Assembly: GCA_038060705.1 (NCBI GenBank)
Contig: JBBTFS010000016.1
Span: 8,960-72,959, forward strand
From: Gemmatimonadota bacterium
Lineage (GTDB): Bacteria; Gemmatimonadota; Gemmatimonadetes; Gemmatimonadales; Gemmatimonadaceae
Length of the DNA: 64,000 bases
Direction of reading: 5' to 3'
Shown: one piece after another, positions 25,952 through 35,212 of the stretch
Position numbering within the stretch: position 1 is the stretch's first letter
Layout of the letters: each line of letters begins with the position of its first letter
The notes under the pieces: generated by a model
What the model was told of the DNA's origin: nothing
Databases searched by the model: none
The model's input: the letters and a program-made list of their open reading frames with translations, nothing else
Translations under genes and position numbers: made by a program

Positions 25952-27300
25952 CAATCGGAATCTCCTGAGTGTTTCGCCTTGAGTTCGTTCCACCAAGCCA
26001 GGCGCTTGGCGATCTCCTTCTCGAAGCCGAATGTCCCCGGTGAGTAGAAGGAGCGGCCCCGCAGTGCCTCCGGCAGGTACTCCTGTGGCAGGTACGCTTC
26101 CGGCGCATCGTGCGCGTAACGATACCCGGCGTTGTACCCCAACTCCCTCATAAGGTTGGTGGGCGCATTGCGAATCTGAAGCGGAACACCCTCGGTCGGC
26201 GTCTCGCGCGCCGCCTCCATCGCAGCGCCCAGCGCGACGACCACGCGATTCGACTTGGGCGCGGTGGCGAGGTACACCACCATCTGCACCAGCGGCAGGA
26301 GTCCTTCCGGCTGTCCCAGCGTATGAAACGCATCCCGGGCCGCCACAACCTGGATCAGCGCATTGGGGTCCGCCAGCCCGATGTCCTCGGACGCCATCGC
26401 CATCGCGCGTCGGAAGAGAATCATCGGATCGCCGCCGCCGTCAACGAACCGGGCCATCCAGTACAGGGCGCCCTGGGGGTCGCTGCCGCGCAGGCTTTTG
26501 TGGAAGGCGGACAGCATGTTGTAGGTCTCTTCGCCGCCTTTGTCGAAGCGAGCAACCCGCAGCTGCATCGCCTCCCGCGCCACAGCGGCGTCGATCCGTC
26601 CACCATCCACCGTCTGTTGCGCCGCGGCTTCCAGCACGGTCAGCGCGCGCCGTGCGTCGCCGTCAGCTTCGGTCGCGATGATCGCGAGCGCGTCATCGTC
26701 AATCTCAAGCGTCCGCGCGCCCAGGCCCCGCTCTGGGTCGGTCAGCGCACGCAGGAGCAGTTGGCGCACGGCCTCGGCCGGGATGGGTCGTAATACGAAC
26801 ACGCGAACGCGCGACAACAAGGCACCGTTGATCTCGAACGACGGATTCTCCGTCGTCGCGCCAACGAGGGTTATCGTCCCGGTCTCGACGTGCGGAAGGA
26901 ATGCGTCCTGTTGTGATTTGTTGAGACGGTGGATCTCGTCGGCGAACAAGATCGTGCCCCGCCCCGACGCCAGCCGCTCCTGCGCCTCGGCAACCACCTC
27001 GCGCACACGCACAACCCCCTCCGTCACCGACGAGAACGCGACGAACTCGCGGTCCGTGTACGCGGCGATCAGCCGGCCCAACGTCGTCTTGCCGGAGCCC
27101 GGCGGCCCCCAGAGCACGACCGACCCGATGGTCCCCTTCTCAATGGAGTCGCGCAGGGCGCGCCCGGGGGCGAGGACGTGTTCCTGGCCGACGAACTCGT
27201 CCAGCGACGCAGGCCGCATTCTCGCCGCGAGCGGCTGTGCGCGGTCGATGGCGCCCTGGAACAGTGTGGCTTGCCTGGCCGCCTCCTTCGACTTCGCCAT
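25951..27300 (-). CDS. rarA: Replication-associated recombination protein A (RarA/MgsA, AAA+ ATPase)
   Basis: RMRPASLDEFVGQEHVL…VVLWGPPGSGKTTLGRLIA…ILFADEIHRLNKSQQDAFLP…MLSAFHKSLRGSDPQGALYW. Start trimmed to ATG 27298-27300; the 721-aa track ORF is a spurious 5' extension over the ZIP gene. Confidence 0.92.
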   Translation of the reverse strand: MAKSKEAARQATLFQGAIDRAQPLAARMRPASLDEFVGQEHVLAPGRALRDSIEKGTIGSVVLWGPPGSGKTTLGRLIAAYTDREFVAFSSVTEGVVRVREVVAEAQERLASGRGTILFADEIHRLNKSQQDAFLPHVETGTITLVGATTENPSFEINGALLSRVRVFVLRPIPAEAVRQLLLRALTDPERGLGARTLEIDDDALAIIATEADGDARRALTVLEAAAQQTVDGGRIDAAVAREAMQLRVARFDKGGEETYNMLSAFHKSLRGSDPQGALYWMARFVDGGGDPMILFRRAMAMASEDIGLADPNALIQVVAARDAFHTLGQPEGLLPLVQMVVYLATAPKSNRVVVALGAAMEAARETPTEGVPLQIRNAPTNLMRELGYNAGYRYAHDAPEAYLPQEYLPEALRGRSFYSPGTFGFEKEIAKRLAWWNELKAKHSGDSD

Positions 27301-28010
27301 CACAGCGCCGAGCGCGCCAGAAAGTACGCACCGCAACCGGCAATGAAGCTCAGAGGCGTTTCCCAGCCACCGCGCTTCTGCAACTCCGGCACGAGATTCG
27401 ACGCGCCCACGTAGATGGTGACCCCGGCCGAGATCGCCATACCATATGTCTGGAGCGCGCCGAACTGGCCCGTGAGCGCCACGCCAAGGATCGTGGCGAC
27501 ACCCAAGGCTCCCGCTGCACCAACGGCGGCGCGTGGCGATGCCCCCGCGGCCATGAAGAGACTCGAGATGGCCAGGCCCTCCGGCAGTTTGTGAAGCAGG
27601 ACGCCGATGAAGACCAGCGCCCCAACGGCGCCGCTCACCAAGAGTCCGCTCGCCACCGCGACTCCGTCCACGAACGTGTGCAACAGGAGTCCGATGAGGG
27701 CGCTGCCGCTGGTGACGCGCGATACCGTGTGCCGCTCCTCGCCGAAGTGGAAATGCCGCCCGATGCTGTGTTGAGTCAGATGCACCAGCACGTACGCCCC
27801 GAGCGCCACCGCTGCGCCGGTGTGGCCGCTGCGTGCGAACGCCTCCGGGAGCAAGTCCACAAACGCGACCGACAACAGAAACCCGGCGGCGAACGCCAAC
27901 ATCCGATCCAGGGCGCGCACACTCCATCGCGCGCCCGACGTCACCGCCAGGGCGCCGACGATGTTGGCCAGCGCCGCGGAGAGCGCGTAGGCGATCGCGA
28001 CGCCGCTCAC
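27300..28010 (-). CDS. ZIP-family divalent metal transporter (ZupT-like)
   Basis: 236 aa, highly hydrophobic, with ZIP signature segments LLHTFVDGVAV and VLLHKLPEGLAIS. Confidence 0.8.
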   Translation of the reverse strand: MSGVAIAYALSAALANIVGALAVTSGARWSVRALDRMLAFAAGFLLSVAFVDLLPEAFARSGHTGAAVALGAYVLVHLTQHSIGRHFHFGEERHTVSRVTSGSALIGLLLHTFVDGVAVASGLLVSGAVGALVFIGVLLHKLPEGLAISSLFMAAGASPRAAVGAAGALGVATILGVALTGQFGALQTYGMAISAGVTIYVGASNLVPELQKRGGWETPLSFIAGCGAYFLARSAL

Positions 28011-29332
28011 GCGCCGCGCTCCACCAAGTGTTTCGCAGCGACGAGCAGCTGGTCGCGCGTATTGAGCGCCGGGTCGTCCAGCACCTGATCGAGAAGGGCC
28101 GAGAGCATCTTTCCAAGCCGCGGACCTGGCGTCACGCCCGCCTTCCGCAAGTCGTCGCCGTCCACGGCCAGGTCGCGCAGATCCACCGGCTCGGTAAGCG
28201 CCGCGCGCAGACTGCGCCGGTACAGCGACCGGACCGCGGCCGCGCTGGGAACACCCCGCTCAAGACCGTTCGCACGGCGATCTGACCAACGCGCCGAAGC
28301 CAGCCGGAAGAAGGCGCCCAGCTGGGTGCGGCCAATCAGGGCGATCCAGCGACGCACACTGGCGGCGTCCGGCGTTCCCGCGACCGTCTTGCCGGCAATG
28401 ATGGCGTCGAGCCTGTGCCACGACCCGATGATTCCGGCCAGCCACTGCGTGTCGTGCTTCGAGAATCTCAGTCGCATCGCGGCGGACTCGACCGCATCGG
28501 GTGCCGCATCGCTCAAGAGCACGGCGAGCCGGGTCAACCGCCGACCCGGTCGCCGCGGCAGCCCCGGACGAGCTGCACAATCCGTGGCACGACGGCTCTC
28601 CTCACCGGCGCCGTCGAGCTCGGGCACGAGCGCCCGAGCCGCGCCGCTCTCCCGCCACAGTCCCAGAGCCTTGGACGGTGCCTGCACCTGATCCATGGTC
28701 TTCTCCAACTCCTGCCGCACCCGCTCTCCCGACAAACGCGTGAGATACGGCGCGCTCTCGCAAATCGCCTTCCACGTCGCGGCCTCGATCTCGAATCCGA
28801 AGCGCGCCGCAAAGCGGATCCCGCGCAACGCACGCAACCGGTCCTCCCGCATCCGCTGCGGCGCATCGCCCACCGCACGCAGCACCCGGCGCTCGAGGTC
28901 CGCCCTACCTCCGAACGGATCCCTGATCTCGCCCGTCGTGGCCGAATAGGCCACCGCGTTGATCGTGAAGTCGCGCCGAGCCAGGTCCTCGTCGAGCGAC
29001 GCGCCGAACTCGACTTCGGCGTGCCGGCCGTCGGTCCGTACGTCGTGTCGGAATGTGGTCACCTCGTGCAGGACGCCGGCTGAGTCCAGCACACCAACGG
29101 TTCCGAACGCGATGCCCACCGGAATCGTGCGCTTGCGGCCGAACGCGGTGCGCACCTGATCGGGTGTCGCGTTGGTCGCGAAATCCCAGTCCAGGTGTGG
29201 ATGCCCCAGCAAGGCATCGCGCACCGCTCCACCCACGCACCACACCTCGAAGCCCGCCTTCTCGAAGCCGGCCGTGATTTCGAAGACGGCGGGCGGCGGC
29301 TGCAGCCGCGGATCGGGGCGTTGGCTTGGCAT
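28007..29332 (-). CDS. cca: CCA-adding tRNA nucleotidyltransferase / poly(A) polymerase family protein
   Basis: VWCVGGAVRDALLGHP…DWDFAT…RRDFTINAVAY are class II nucleotidyltransferase head-domain motifs. Confidence 0.85.
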   Translation of the reverse strand: MPSQRPDPRLQPPPAVFEITAGFEKAGFEVWCVGGAVRDALLGHPHLDWDFATNATPDQVRTAFGRKRTIPVGIAFGTVGVLDSAGVLHEVTTFRHDVRTDGRHAEVEFGASLDEDLARRDFTINAVAYSATTGEIRDPFGGRADLERRVLRAVGDAPQRMREDRLRALRGIRFAARFGFEIEAATWKAICESAPYLTRLSGERVRQELEKTMDQVQAPSKALGLWRESGAARALVPELDGAGEESRRATDCAARPGLPRRPGRRLTRLAVLLSDAAPDAVESAAMRLRFSKHDTQWLAGIIGSWHRLDAIIAGKTVAGTPDAASVRRWIALIGRTQLGAFFRLASARWSDRRANGLERGVPSAAAVRSLYRRSLRAALTEPVDLRDLAVDGDDLRKAGVTPGPRLGKMLSALLDQVLDDPALNTRDQLLVAAKHLVERGA

Positions 29333-29339
29333 CGCGCGC

Positions 29340-30299
29340 TTAGCGCTCGATGAACGCGCGCGGGTCCGCGCCGGCGCCCAACGCGAGCATCAAGTCGATG
29401 CGCGCCTGCTGCGGGCGTCGGTTGCCACCGAAGATCGCGCCGAGTTCACTGAGGCGACGGCCGCCACCGAAGTACCCGTACGTCCGCCCGACACGACCGC
29501 GCGGGGCGCGCGACGTGATGACGACCGGCTTCGATTCGTTGAGCCAACGTTCGATGCCAGCCACCATGCCGGGTGGCACGTTGCCGCGACCCATTCCCGC
29601 GACCACGAGGCCCTTGCCTTCCTCACGCGCTGCATCGATCAGGCTCGATGTCGCGCCCGCGTATGCGAGCACGATCTCAACCGGCCCGCCCAGATCTGGC
29701 GCGTCCAGCACCGCGTTGGCCGTGGGAATAGAGCGCCGGAATACGACGCGGCCGTCGTCCAGCACACCGAGCGGCCCGAGGCCAGGGCTCTCGAAGGCAT
29801 CCAGCATGTGCGTGTGCGACTTCGTCACGTCGAGTCCGGCGTAGATGCGGTCGCTCATCACGACCAACACGCCGCTTCCCATCGCGGCGTCGCTCGTGGC
29901 CACGCGAATGGACGCGCCGAGGTTGGCAGGCCCGTCCCATCCAAGGTCGCTTGACGTACGCATGGCCCCTGTGAACACGATCGGCTTCTCACTCTCCATC
30001 GAGCGTGCCACGAGATAGGCCGACTCCTCAAGCGAGTCAGTGCCGTGCGTGACAACGACACCCTTCACTTCGGGCCTGGCGGCGTGCGCGCGGATCTTGT
30101 TGCGCAATTCCCACATCCGATCGGTGGTCATGTGCGGACCGGGGAACGCGCCGAAGTCGTCGACCTCCAACGGCGCGATGTCGCGAAGTTGGGGCACCAG
30201 GTTGAGGATGTCCTGCCCCGCCAGCGCCGGCACTGCGCCGCCGGCAGCCGGATCGTGGCGCATCGAGATGGTCCCGCCCGTGAAGACGAGGACGATCAT
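29340..30299 (-). CDS. ansA: L-asparaginase (type I-like)
   Basis: MIVLVFTGGTISM (TGGTI threonine motif) and VVVTHGTDSLEESA (HGTD motif). Start trimmed to ATG 30297-30299 (ATGA overlap with the SDR gene). Confidence 0.85.
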   Translation of the reverse strand: MIVLVFTGGTISMRHDPAAGGAVPALAGQDILNLVPQLRDIAPLEVDDFGAFPGPHMTTDRMWELRNKIRAHAARPEVKGVVVTHGTDSLEESAYLVARSMESEKPIVFTGAMRTSSDLGWDGPANLGASIRVATSDAAMGSGVLVVMSDRIYAGLDVTKSHTHMLDAFESPGLGPLGVLDDGRVVFRRSIPTANAVLDAPDLGGPVEIVLAYAGATSSLIDAAREEGKGLVVAGMGRGNVPPGMVAGIERWLNESKPVVITSRAPRGRVGRTYGYFGGGRRLSELGAIFGGNRRPQQARIDLMLALGAGADPRAFIER

Positions 30300-31051
30300 C
30301 CCGCCAACACGCTGCCGCCGTTGACGTTCACGATTTCCCCGGTGACGTGGCGCGCCATCGACGAGCACAGGAACACGATTGGCCCGGCAACATCGCGTGC
30401 GCTTGCCACGCGACCCAGCGGAATGCCCGCCTCGATGCGCTCGCGACCGCCGCCCGCATACGGTTTCTCCGCCATCTCGGTGTCCACCCAGCCAGGTGCC
30501 ACGCAATTCACATTGATGTCGCGCTTGGCGAGTTCTACGCACAGCGACTTCACGAACGAGATGACCGCACCCTTCGACGCAGCGTAGTCCGAGTGAAACG
30601 CTTCGCCGCGCTGTCCGGCCGTGCTCGACACCAGGATGATGCGGCCGTGATCCGAGAGAACGCGCGCGGCCGCGCGTGTCGTGAAGAACACCGAGTCCAC
30701 GTTCTGGCGCATGGTCCGGTGCCATTGGTCATCATCCATCTTCGTGAGCGCCGCTTCCTCAGAGATCCAGATTCCCGCGTTTCCGATGAAATAGTCTATC
30801 CCACCGAGCTTGGCCGCGGCTTCCTGGACCAGCCGTTCGGCTCCGGCACGCTCGGAAATGTCGGCGGCAATTGCGTGCGCGCGGACACCCAGACGCTTGG
30901 CGTCCGCCGCGACCGCCTTCGCCTCCTTTTCACGCGTCAGGTAGCCAACCGCGACGTTGACGCCCCACTCCGCGAACAGCAGGGCGGTCGCCGCACCGAT
31001 GCCACGCGAGCCGCCGGTCACGAGCGCACGCTTGCCTGCCATGGTCTTCAA
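30296..31051 (-). CDS. Short-chain dehydrogenase/reductase, FabG-like
   Basis: 251 aa. ALVTGGSRGIGAATA cofactor motif, NAG, catalytic YAASKGAV. Confidence 0.85.
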   Translation of the reverse strand: MKTMAGKRALVTGGSRGIGAATALLFAEWGVNVAVGYLTREKEAKAVAADAKRLGVRAHAIAADISERAGAERLVQEAAAKLGGIDYFIGNAGIWISEEAALTKMDDDQWHRTMRQNVDSVFFTTRAAARVLSDHGRIILVSSTAGQRGEAFHSDYAASKGAVISFVKSLCVELAKRDINVNCVAPGWVDTEMAEKPYAGGGRERIEAGIPLGRVASARDVAGPIVFLCSSMARHVTGEIVNVNGGSVLAG

Positions 31052-31611
31052 AGCTCACGCTCCACTTGATCACAGATGATGTGCTGGATGCACAACTGCA
31101 TTTCCTGAGCGCGATCTGTGCGGTCGGTCGGAACCACAACTGTGTGGGTCGCCACACCCTTGATCTTGCCGCCATCCCGGGCGCTCAACGCCAACACCGC
31201 CACCTTTTTTGCGCGCGCAGCCTCGGCGGCCATCAGCAGGTTCGGCGAATCGCCACTCGTCGTGTGGATCACCAGCAGGTCGCCCGGTTTCGCCAAGGCC
31301 TCGACCTGCCTGGCAAACACCTGGTCGAATCCCAGATCGTTGCCGGCCGCGGTGAGAAGCGACGTGTCCGTGGTGAGCGCCACGGCCGGATAGGCGCGCC
31401 GATTCCTGGTGTAGCGCACCACGTACTCCGTCGCCACGTGCTGTGCGTCTGCCGCGCTGCCCCCGTTGCCACAGAAGAACAGCGTGCCGCCGCCGCGCAC
31501 CGTTTCGCGCACCATGGCCAGCGCGCGATCGAGATCCGGACCGATGGACTCCGTCATGCGTTGCGCCAGCGCCGCCAGTTCCCGGAAGGGTCCGCCGAAG
31601 ACGTCAGCCAT
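31048..31611 (-). CDS. gmhA: SIS-domain phosphoheptose isomerase (GmhA/DiaA family)
   Basis: LFFCGNGGSAADAQHVATE…DLLVIHTTSGDSPN…VLALSARDGG…QEMQLCIQHIICD. Start trimmed to ATG 31609-31611 (8-nt overlap with the upstream ORF). Confidence 0.82.
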   Translation of the reverse strand: MADVFGGPFRELAALAQRMTESIGPDLDRALAMVRETVRGGGTLFFCGNGGSAADAQHVATEYVVRYTRNRRAYPAVALTTDTSLLTAAGNDLGFDQVFARQVEALAKPGDLLVIHTTSGDSPNLLMAAEAARAKKVAVLALSARDGGKIKGVATHTVVVPTDRTDRAQEMQLCIQHIICDQVEREL

Positions 31612-31933
31612 TTTCTGCCGCGATCCCGGACAGCGCGCGCGCGCCATCCATTGCGAGACGTTTGATGTCCGCCGCACTCGCCGACGCCTCGGCGGCGTGC
31701 TCGAACGCGAACGTGGTCAGTGCGTCCACCGCCAGGAGGTCGAGCGCGCTGTCGCGCTCATACCTTCCGGACGCGAGCAGCTGTTCCAGCGAACGCTGGG
31801 CCGCGGCAAGGCACGCCGCCCCGGATCCACTCGCCGGCTGGTCAGCATCAGCGCCAAGCAACTCGATCACGCGCGCGGTCAGCACGTCCGGCACCTGCGT
31901 CGAGCGACTGGTCACCCATTCGCGCACGGTCAC
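31604..31933 (-). CDS. Hypothetical protein (109 aa, Ala-rich, predicted helical)
   Basis: ORF wedged between alaS (GTGA overlap) and gmhA (ATGGCTGA overlap). GC3-rich codons like its neighbours. I recognise no motif. Confidence 0.5.
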   Translation of the reverse strand: MTVREWVTSRSTQVPDVLTARVIELLGADADQPASGSGAACLAAAQRSLEQLLASGRYERDSALDLLAVDALTTFAFEHAAEASASAADIKRLAMDGARALSGIAAENG

Positions 31934-34698
31934 GCGCCGCTCACGGTGGCACGCACGACGGCGGCCGCGCCCTTCATAGCCGCGGCGAGTTTGGATGGAT
32001 CCGGGATGCCGGCCTGCGCCATGTGCGGCTTGCCACCACCCTTGCCGCCGACGGGCGCCGCGATGTCACGAACGAGGGCGTCCGCGCGGACGCCGCGGTC
32101 CTTGAGGTCGTCGGTCACCACGACGAGCAGGGTTGCTTTTCCATCGCCGAACGCCGCACCCAGAACCCCGACCCCTGATTTCAGCTGCTCGCGCAGGGCG
32201 TCGCCCATCGCCTGAAGTTCCTTGGCATCCGACACGGTGACCGTGCGTCCCACGTACCGCACACCATTGCCGTCGAGCGCTTCCGCCTCGGCGATCCACT
32301 GCTTCATCTGGTCGCCACCGCCGCGGAGCGCCTCTTCCACCCGCTTCTCCAGCGCACGCCGCTCCTCAAGCAAGCCGGCAACGCGCTTCTCGACGCCATC
32401 CTCCGGCGACTTCACCAACTCGGCTACGCGCGAGAGCGTGCGCTCGTGCTCGCGCATGTGCGCGAATGCACCCGGGCCGGTCACCGCCTCGATGCGCCGG
32501 ACGCCGGATGCGACGCCGGTCTCTTGCACGATGCGGAACAGGCCGATCTCGGACGTGTTGCGCACATGGGTGCCACCACACAGCTCCATCGAGAAGCCAG
32601 GCACGGTCACCACGCGCACCACGTCGCCGTATTTCTCGCCGAAGAGCGCCATCGCACCGGTGGCACGGGCCTCCGCGAACGGCATCTCGCGATAGGTCAC
32701 CGGCAGCGCCTTCCATACGTAGTCGTTCACGCGCTGCTCAATGGACTCGAGCTTGTCCGGTTTCACCGCGCCGTGATGTGTGAAGTCAAACCGCAGGCGA
32801 TCCGGCGCCACCAGCGACCCGGCCTGATGCACCGATTCCCCCAGCGCTTCGCGCAACGCGGCGTGCAGCAGATGCGTCGCCGTGTGGTTGCGTTCCGTGT
32901 CCAGCCGTCGGTCGCTCGGGATGCGCGCTGTCGCCCGACCGAACTGGAACGTACCGCTCACGACACCAACGGCCGCCGGGCGGCCCTCGACCTTCTTGAC
33001 GTCGTCCACGTCCACCCGCCAGCCGTCGCCGACGATCTCGCCGCGGTCGGCGATCTGACCGCCGGATTCGGCGTAGAACGGCGACTCGCGCAGCATCACC
33101 GCGACTCGCCCACCGTCGAGGTGCTTGATGGCCGTGACTTCGGTCTCGATCTCGACCGTGCCGTATCCGACGAACGTCGCATCGGGCTTGGCGCCGGGCG
33201 CTGCCCTCCACTGCGCGAGGTCGCTGAGCTCGTCCACACCGACGCCGAGCTTCCTGGATTTGCGCTCCTCTTGCGAGCGGCGGCGCTGACCTTCGAGCGC
33301 GGTCTCGAATCCCGCGATGTCCACCGTGTAGCCGCGCTCGCGCGCCATAAGCTCGGTAAGGTCGATCGGGAAACCGAACGTGTCGTAGAGCTTGAACGCG
33401 TCGTCGCCGCTCACGGTACCGCGAATGGCGCCACCGCCTTGCGTGCTATGCGCCGGCGCAATCTGGTCAAATCGCGTCAGCCCGCCTTCGATGGTGGCGA
33501 GGAAGCTCTCCTCCTCCACGCGCGTCGTCTTGAGCAGGTGCTCACGACGCGAGATCAGTTCGGGAAACACCGAGCCCAGTTGCGTGATGGCTTCGTCGAC
33601 AACCCGATACAGTGTCGGCTCCCGGCGACCGAGGAGCCATGCGTGACGAACGGCGCGACGCAGGATGCGTCGCAGCACGTAGCCCCTGCCCTCGTTGGAC
33701 GGGAACACGCCATCCGCGAGGAGAAAGGCGACCGCGCGCCCGTGCTCCGCAAGGACCCGGAAGGAAGCGGAACTGGCTCCCTTTGGCAGCTTGCCTGCAG
33801 GACTCGGAGACGGCAGCTGCACTCCCTTCGGCCAGTCACCATACGGCAGACCGACTACCTGTTCCACTGTCGAGACGAGCGGCACGAACATGTCGGTGTG
33901 GTAGTTGCTCGTCACGCCCTGCAACACCGCGGCAATCCGGTCCAGGCCCGCTCCGGTGTCCACCGACGGCTTGGGGAGCGGTACCATCGTGCCATCCGCC
34001 TGCCGGTCGTACTGCATGAACACGAGGTTCCAGATTTCGAGGAACCGTCCCGCTTCGGCACCTTCGACGAACGCGTCGAGCGAGAAGTCCTTCCGTTTCA
34101 AGTCCGTCCACTCGCCCGTGGCGCCCTCGGGGAACTTCCAGTCCTTGGTGAGGTGCGCGAGGTCGACGTAGATCTCCGAGCACGGCCCGCAGGGACCCGT
34201 GTCCGCCATCTGCCAGAAGTTGTCCTTGTCGCTCATCCCGTAGATGCGGGAATCCGGCAAGCCGGCGATCTCACGCCATAGCGCGCGCGACTCGTCGTCT
34301 TTGTGGTGCACACTGATCCGGATGTGCTGCGCATCGATGCCAAGTTCCCTGGTGACGAACTCCCAGCCGAAGCGGATGGCATCGCGCTTGAAATAGTCGC
34401 CAAAGGAGAAATTCCCGAGCATCTCGAAGAACGTGTGATGCCGGTATGTGTGGCCCACCTGTTCCAGGTCGTTGTGCTTGCCGCCCGCCCGAACGCACTT
34501 CTGCGACGTGGTCGCGCGACGCTTGCCGCCCGGCGGATCTTCCTGGCCCAGGAACACCTTCTTGAACTGGACCATGCCCGCGTTCGTGAACAGCAACGTG
34601 GGATCGTCGGCCGGAACCAGCGAGGAACTCGGCCGCACGACGTGTCCGTTGCGCTCGAAATACGCCAGAAAACGGCTTCGGATCTCGGCGGCGCGCAT
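31930..34698 (-). CDS. alaS: Alanine--tRNA ligase
   Basis: MRAAEIRSRFLAYFERNGH…FTNAGMVQFK…KHNDLEQVG…HHTFFEMLGNFSFGDYFK, editing-domain HTATHLLHAAL and a C-terminal DHHA1-like region. Start trimmed to ATG 34696-34698. Confidence 0.96.
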   Translation of the reverse strand: MRAAEIRSRFLAYFERNGHVVRPSSSLVPADDPTLLFTNAGMVQFKKVFLGQEDPPGGKRRATTSQKCVRAGGKHNDLEQVGHTYRHHTFFEMLGNFSFGDYFKRDAIRFGWEFVTRELGIDAQHIRISVHHKDDESRALWREIAGLPDSRIYGMSDKDNFWQMADTGPCGPCSEIYVDLAHLTKDWKFPEGATGEWTDLKRKDFSLDAFVEGAEAGRFLEIWNLVFMQYDRQADGTMVPLPKPSVDTGAGLDRIAAVLQGVTSNYHTDMFVPLVSTVEQVVGLPYGDWPKGVQLPSPSPAGKLPKGASSASFRVLAEHGRAVAFLLADGVFPSNEGRGYVLRRILRRAVRHAWLLGRREPTLYRVVDEAITQLGSVFPELISRREHLLKTTRVEEESFLATIEGGLTRFDQIAPAHSTQGGGAIRGTVSGDDAFKLYDTFGFPIDLTELMARERGYTVDIAGFETALEGQRRRSQEERKSRKLGVGVDELSDLAQWRAAPGAKPDATFVGYGTVEIETEVTAIKHLDGGRVAVMLRESPFYAESGGQIADRGEIVGDGWRVDVDDVKKVEGRPAAVGVVSGTFQFGRATARIPSDRRLDTERNHTATHLLHAALREALGESVHQAGSLVAPDRLRFDFTHHGAVKPDKLESIEQRVNDYVWKALPVTYREMPFAEARATGAMALFGEKYGDVVRVVTVPGFSMELCGGTHVRNTSEIGLFRIVQETGVASGVRRIEAVTGPGAFAHMREHERTLSRVAELVKSPEDGVEKRVAGLLEERRALEKRVEEALRGGGDQMKQWIAEAEALDGNGVRYVGRTVTVSDAKELQAMGDALREQLKSGVGVLGAAFGDGKATLLVVVTDDLKDRGVRADALVRDIAAPVGGKGGGKPHMAQAGIPDPSKLAAAMKGAAAVVRATVSGA

Positions 34699-34746
34699 AT
34701 GCGCGGAATATATGGCGGGGCTCGCGGGCCTACAGCCCAACAGCAC

Positions 34747-34778
34747 AAAGGCCGGGGCGCACGAAGGCCCCGGCCCTT
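34747..34778 (-). terminator. GC-rich hairpin (GGCCGGGG / CCCCGGCC, 10-nt loop) followed on the minus strand by CTTTGTGCTGTT
   Basis: Read directly from 34747-34778. It lies 25 nt after the stop of the small membrane ORF and about 50 nt upstream of the alaS ATG. The U-tract is imperfect. Confidence 0.5.
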
Positions 34779-34802
34779 CGCCCGATCAATGCCAGCCCGC
34801 CG

Positions 34803-35045
34803 TCAGCTGCCCTTTGGTCGCGACAGACGTGACGCGGCTATCCGAATGGAAAACCCAGCGAGGAAGATGCCGGCAACGACGGCGGGGCTCGCCCATCCGA
34901 GGCTTATCGTCAGCACAGTCGCACCCAATAGGCAGAAGATCAGGTGATTCAGCGCGGCAGCATATTCCCGGCGCCACAGCCCCCGGACAGACATCGCCAG
35001 TCCCACGACAATGGCCCCGATACCCACATAGGCATTGATGTTCAT
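34803..35045 (-). CDS. Small hydrophobic membrane protein (80 aa, 2-3 predicted TM segments)
   Basis: ATG 35043-35045 is preceded by a strong Shine-Dalgarno AGGAGGG (35052-35058, spacing 7 nt). Sequence MNINAYVGIGAIVVGLAMSV…IFCLLGATVLTISLGWASPAVVAGIFLAGFSI. Confidence 0.6.
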   Translation of the reverse strand: MNINAYVGIGAIVVGLAMSVRGLWRREYAAALNHLIFCLLGATVLTISLGWASPAVVAGIFLAGFSIRIAASRLSRPKGS

Positions 35046-35056
35046 TGCCAACCCTC

Positions 35057-35212
35057 CTATTCCATAAAGCAGTTGATGGCGGCTCCAATGGCAAACCCGG
35101 CTAGGAATCCAGCGGCCAGCACCCTGCCTTGCCCGCTACTCAATCCTGCCCGAGCAATTACCTTGCCCACGCCACTAAGAGTATCGTTGTCGCTTATCCA
35201 GTAGGCGAACAT
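35057..35212 (-). CDS. Possible small glycine-zipper membrane peptide (about 51 aa)
   Basis: ORF ending …VLAAGFLAGFAIGAAINCFME, with its stop TAG embedded in the SD of the next ORF. It has many A/T-ending codons, no SD, and overlaps the recX 3' end, so it may not be real. Confidence 0.3.
   Translation of the reverse strand: MFAYWISDNDTLSGVGKVIARAGLSSGQGRVLAAGFLAGFAIGAAINCFME

Noticed and set aside
27301-28116. N-terminal 272 codons of the 721-aa track ORF for rarA
   Set aside because: This part overlaps the ZIP transporter gene in another frame and is Arg/Gly-rich. RarA homology begins at MAKSKEAARQ (ATG 27300), which abuts the ZIP stop.
30300-30725. N-terminal extension of the 461-aa asparaginase ORF
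   Set aside because: It overlaps the FabG-like SDR gene. The asparaginase TGGTI motif lies right after ATG 30299.
32446-34281. 611-aa plus-strand ORF
   Set aside because: Antisense to alaS. The minus frame carries all AlaRS motifs, and the plus frame is compositional noise.
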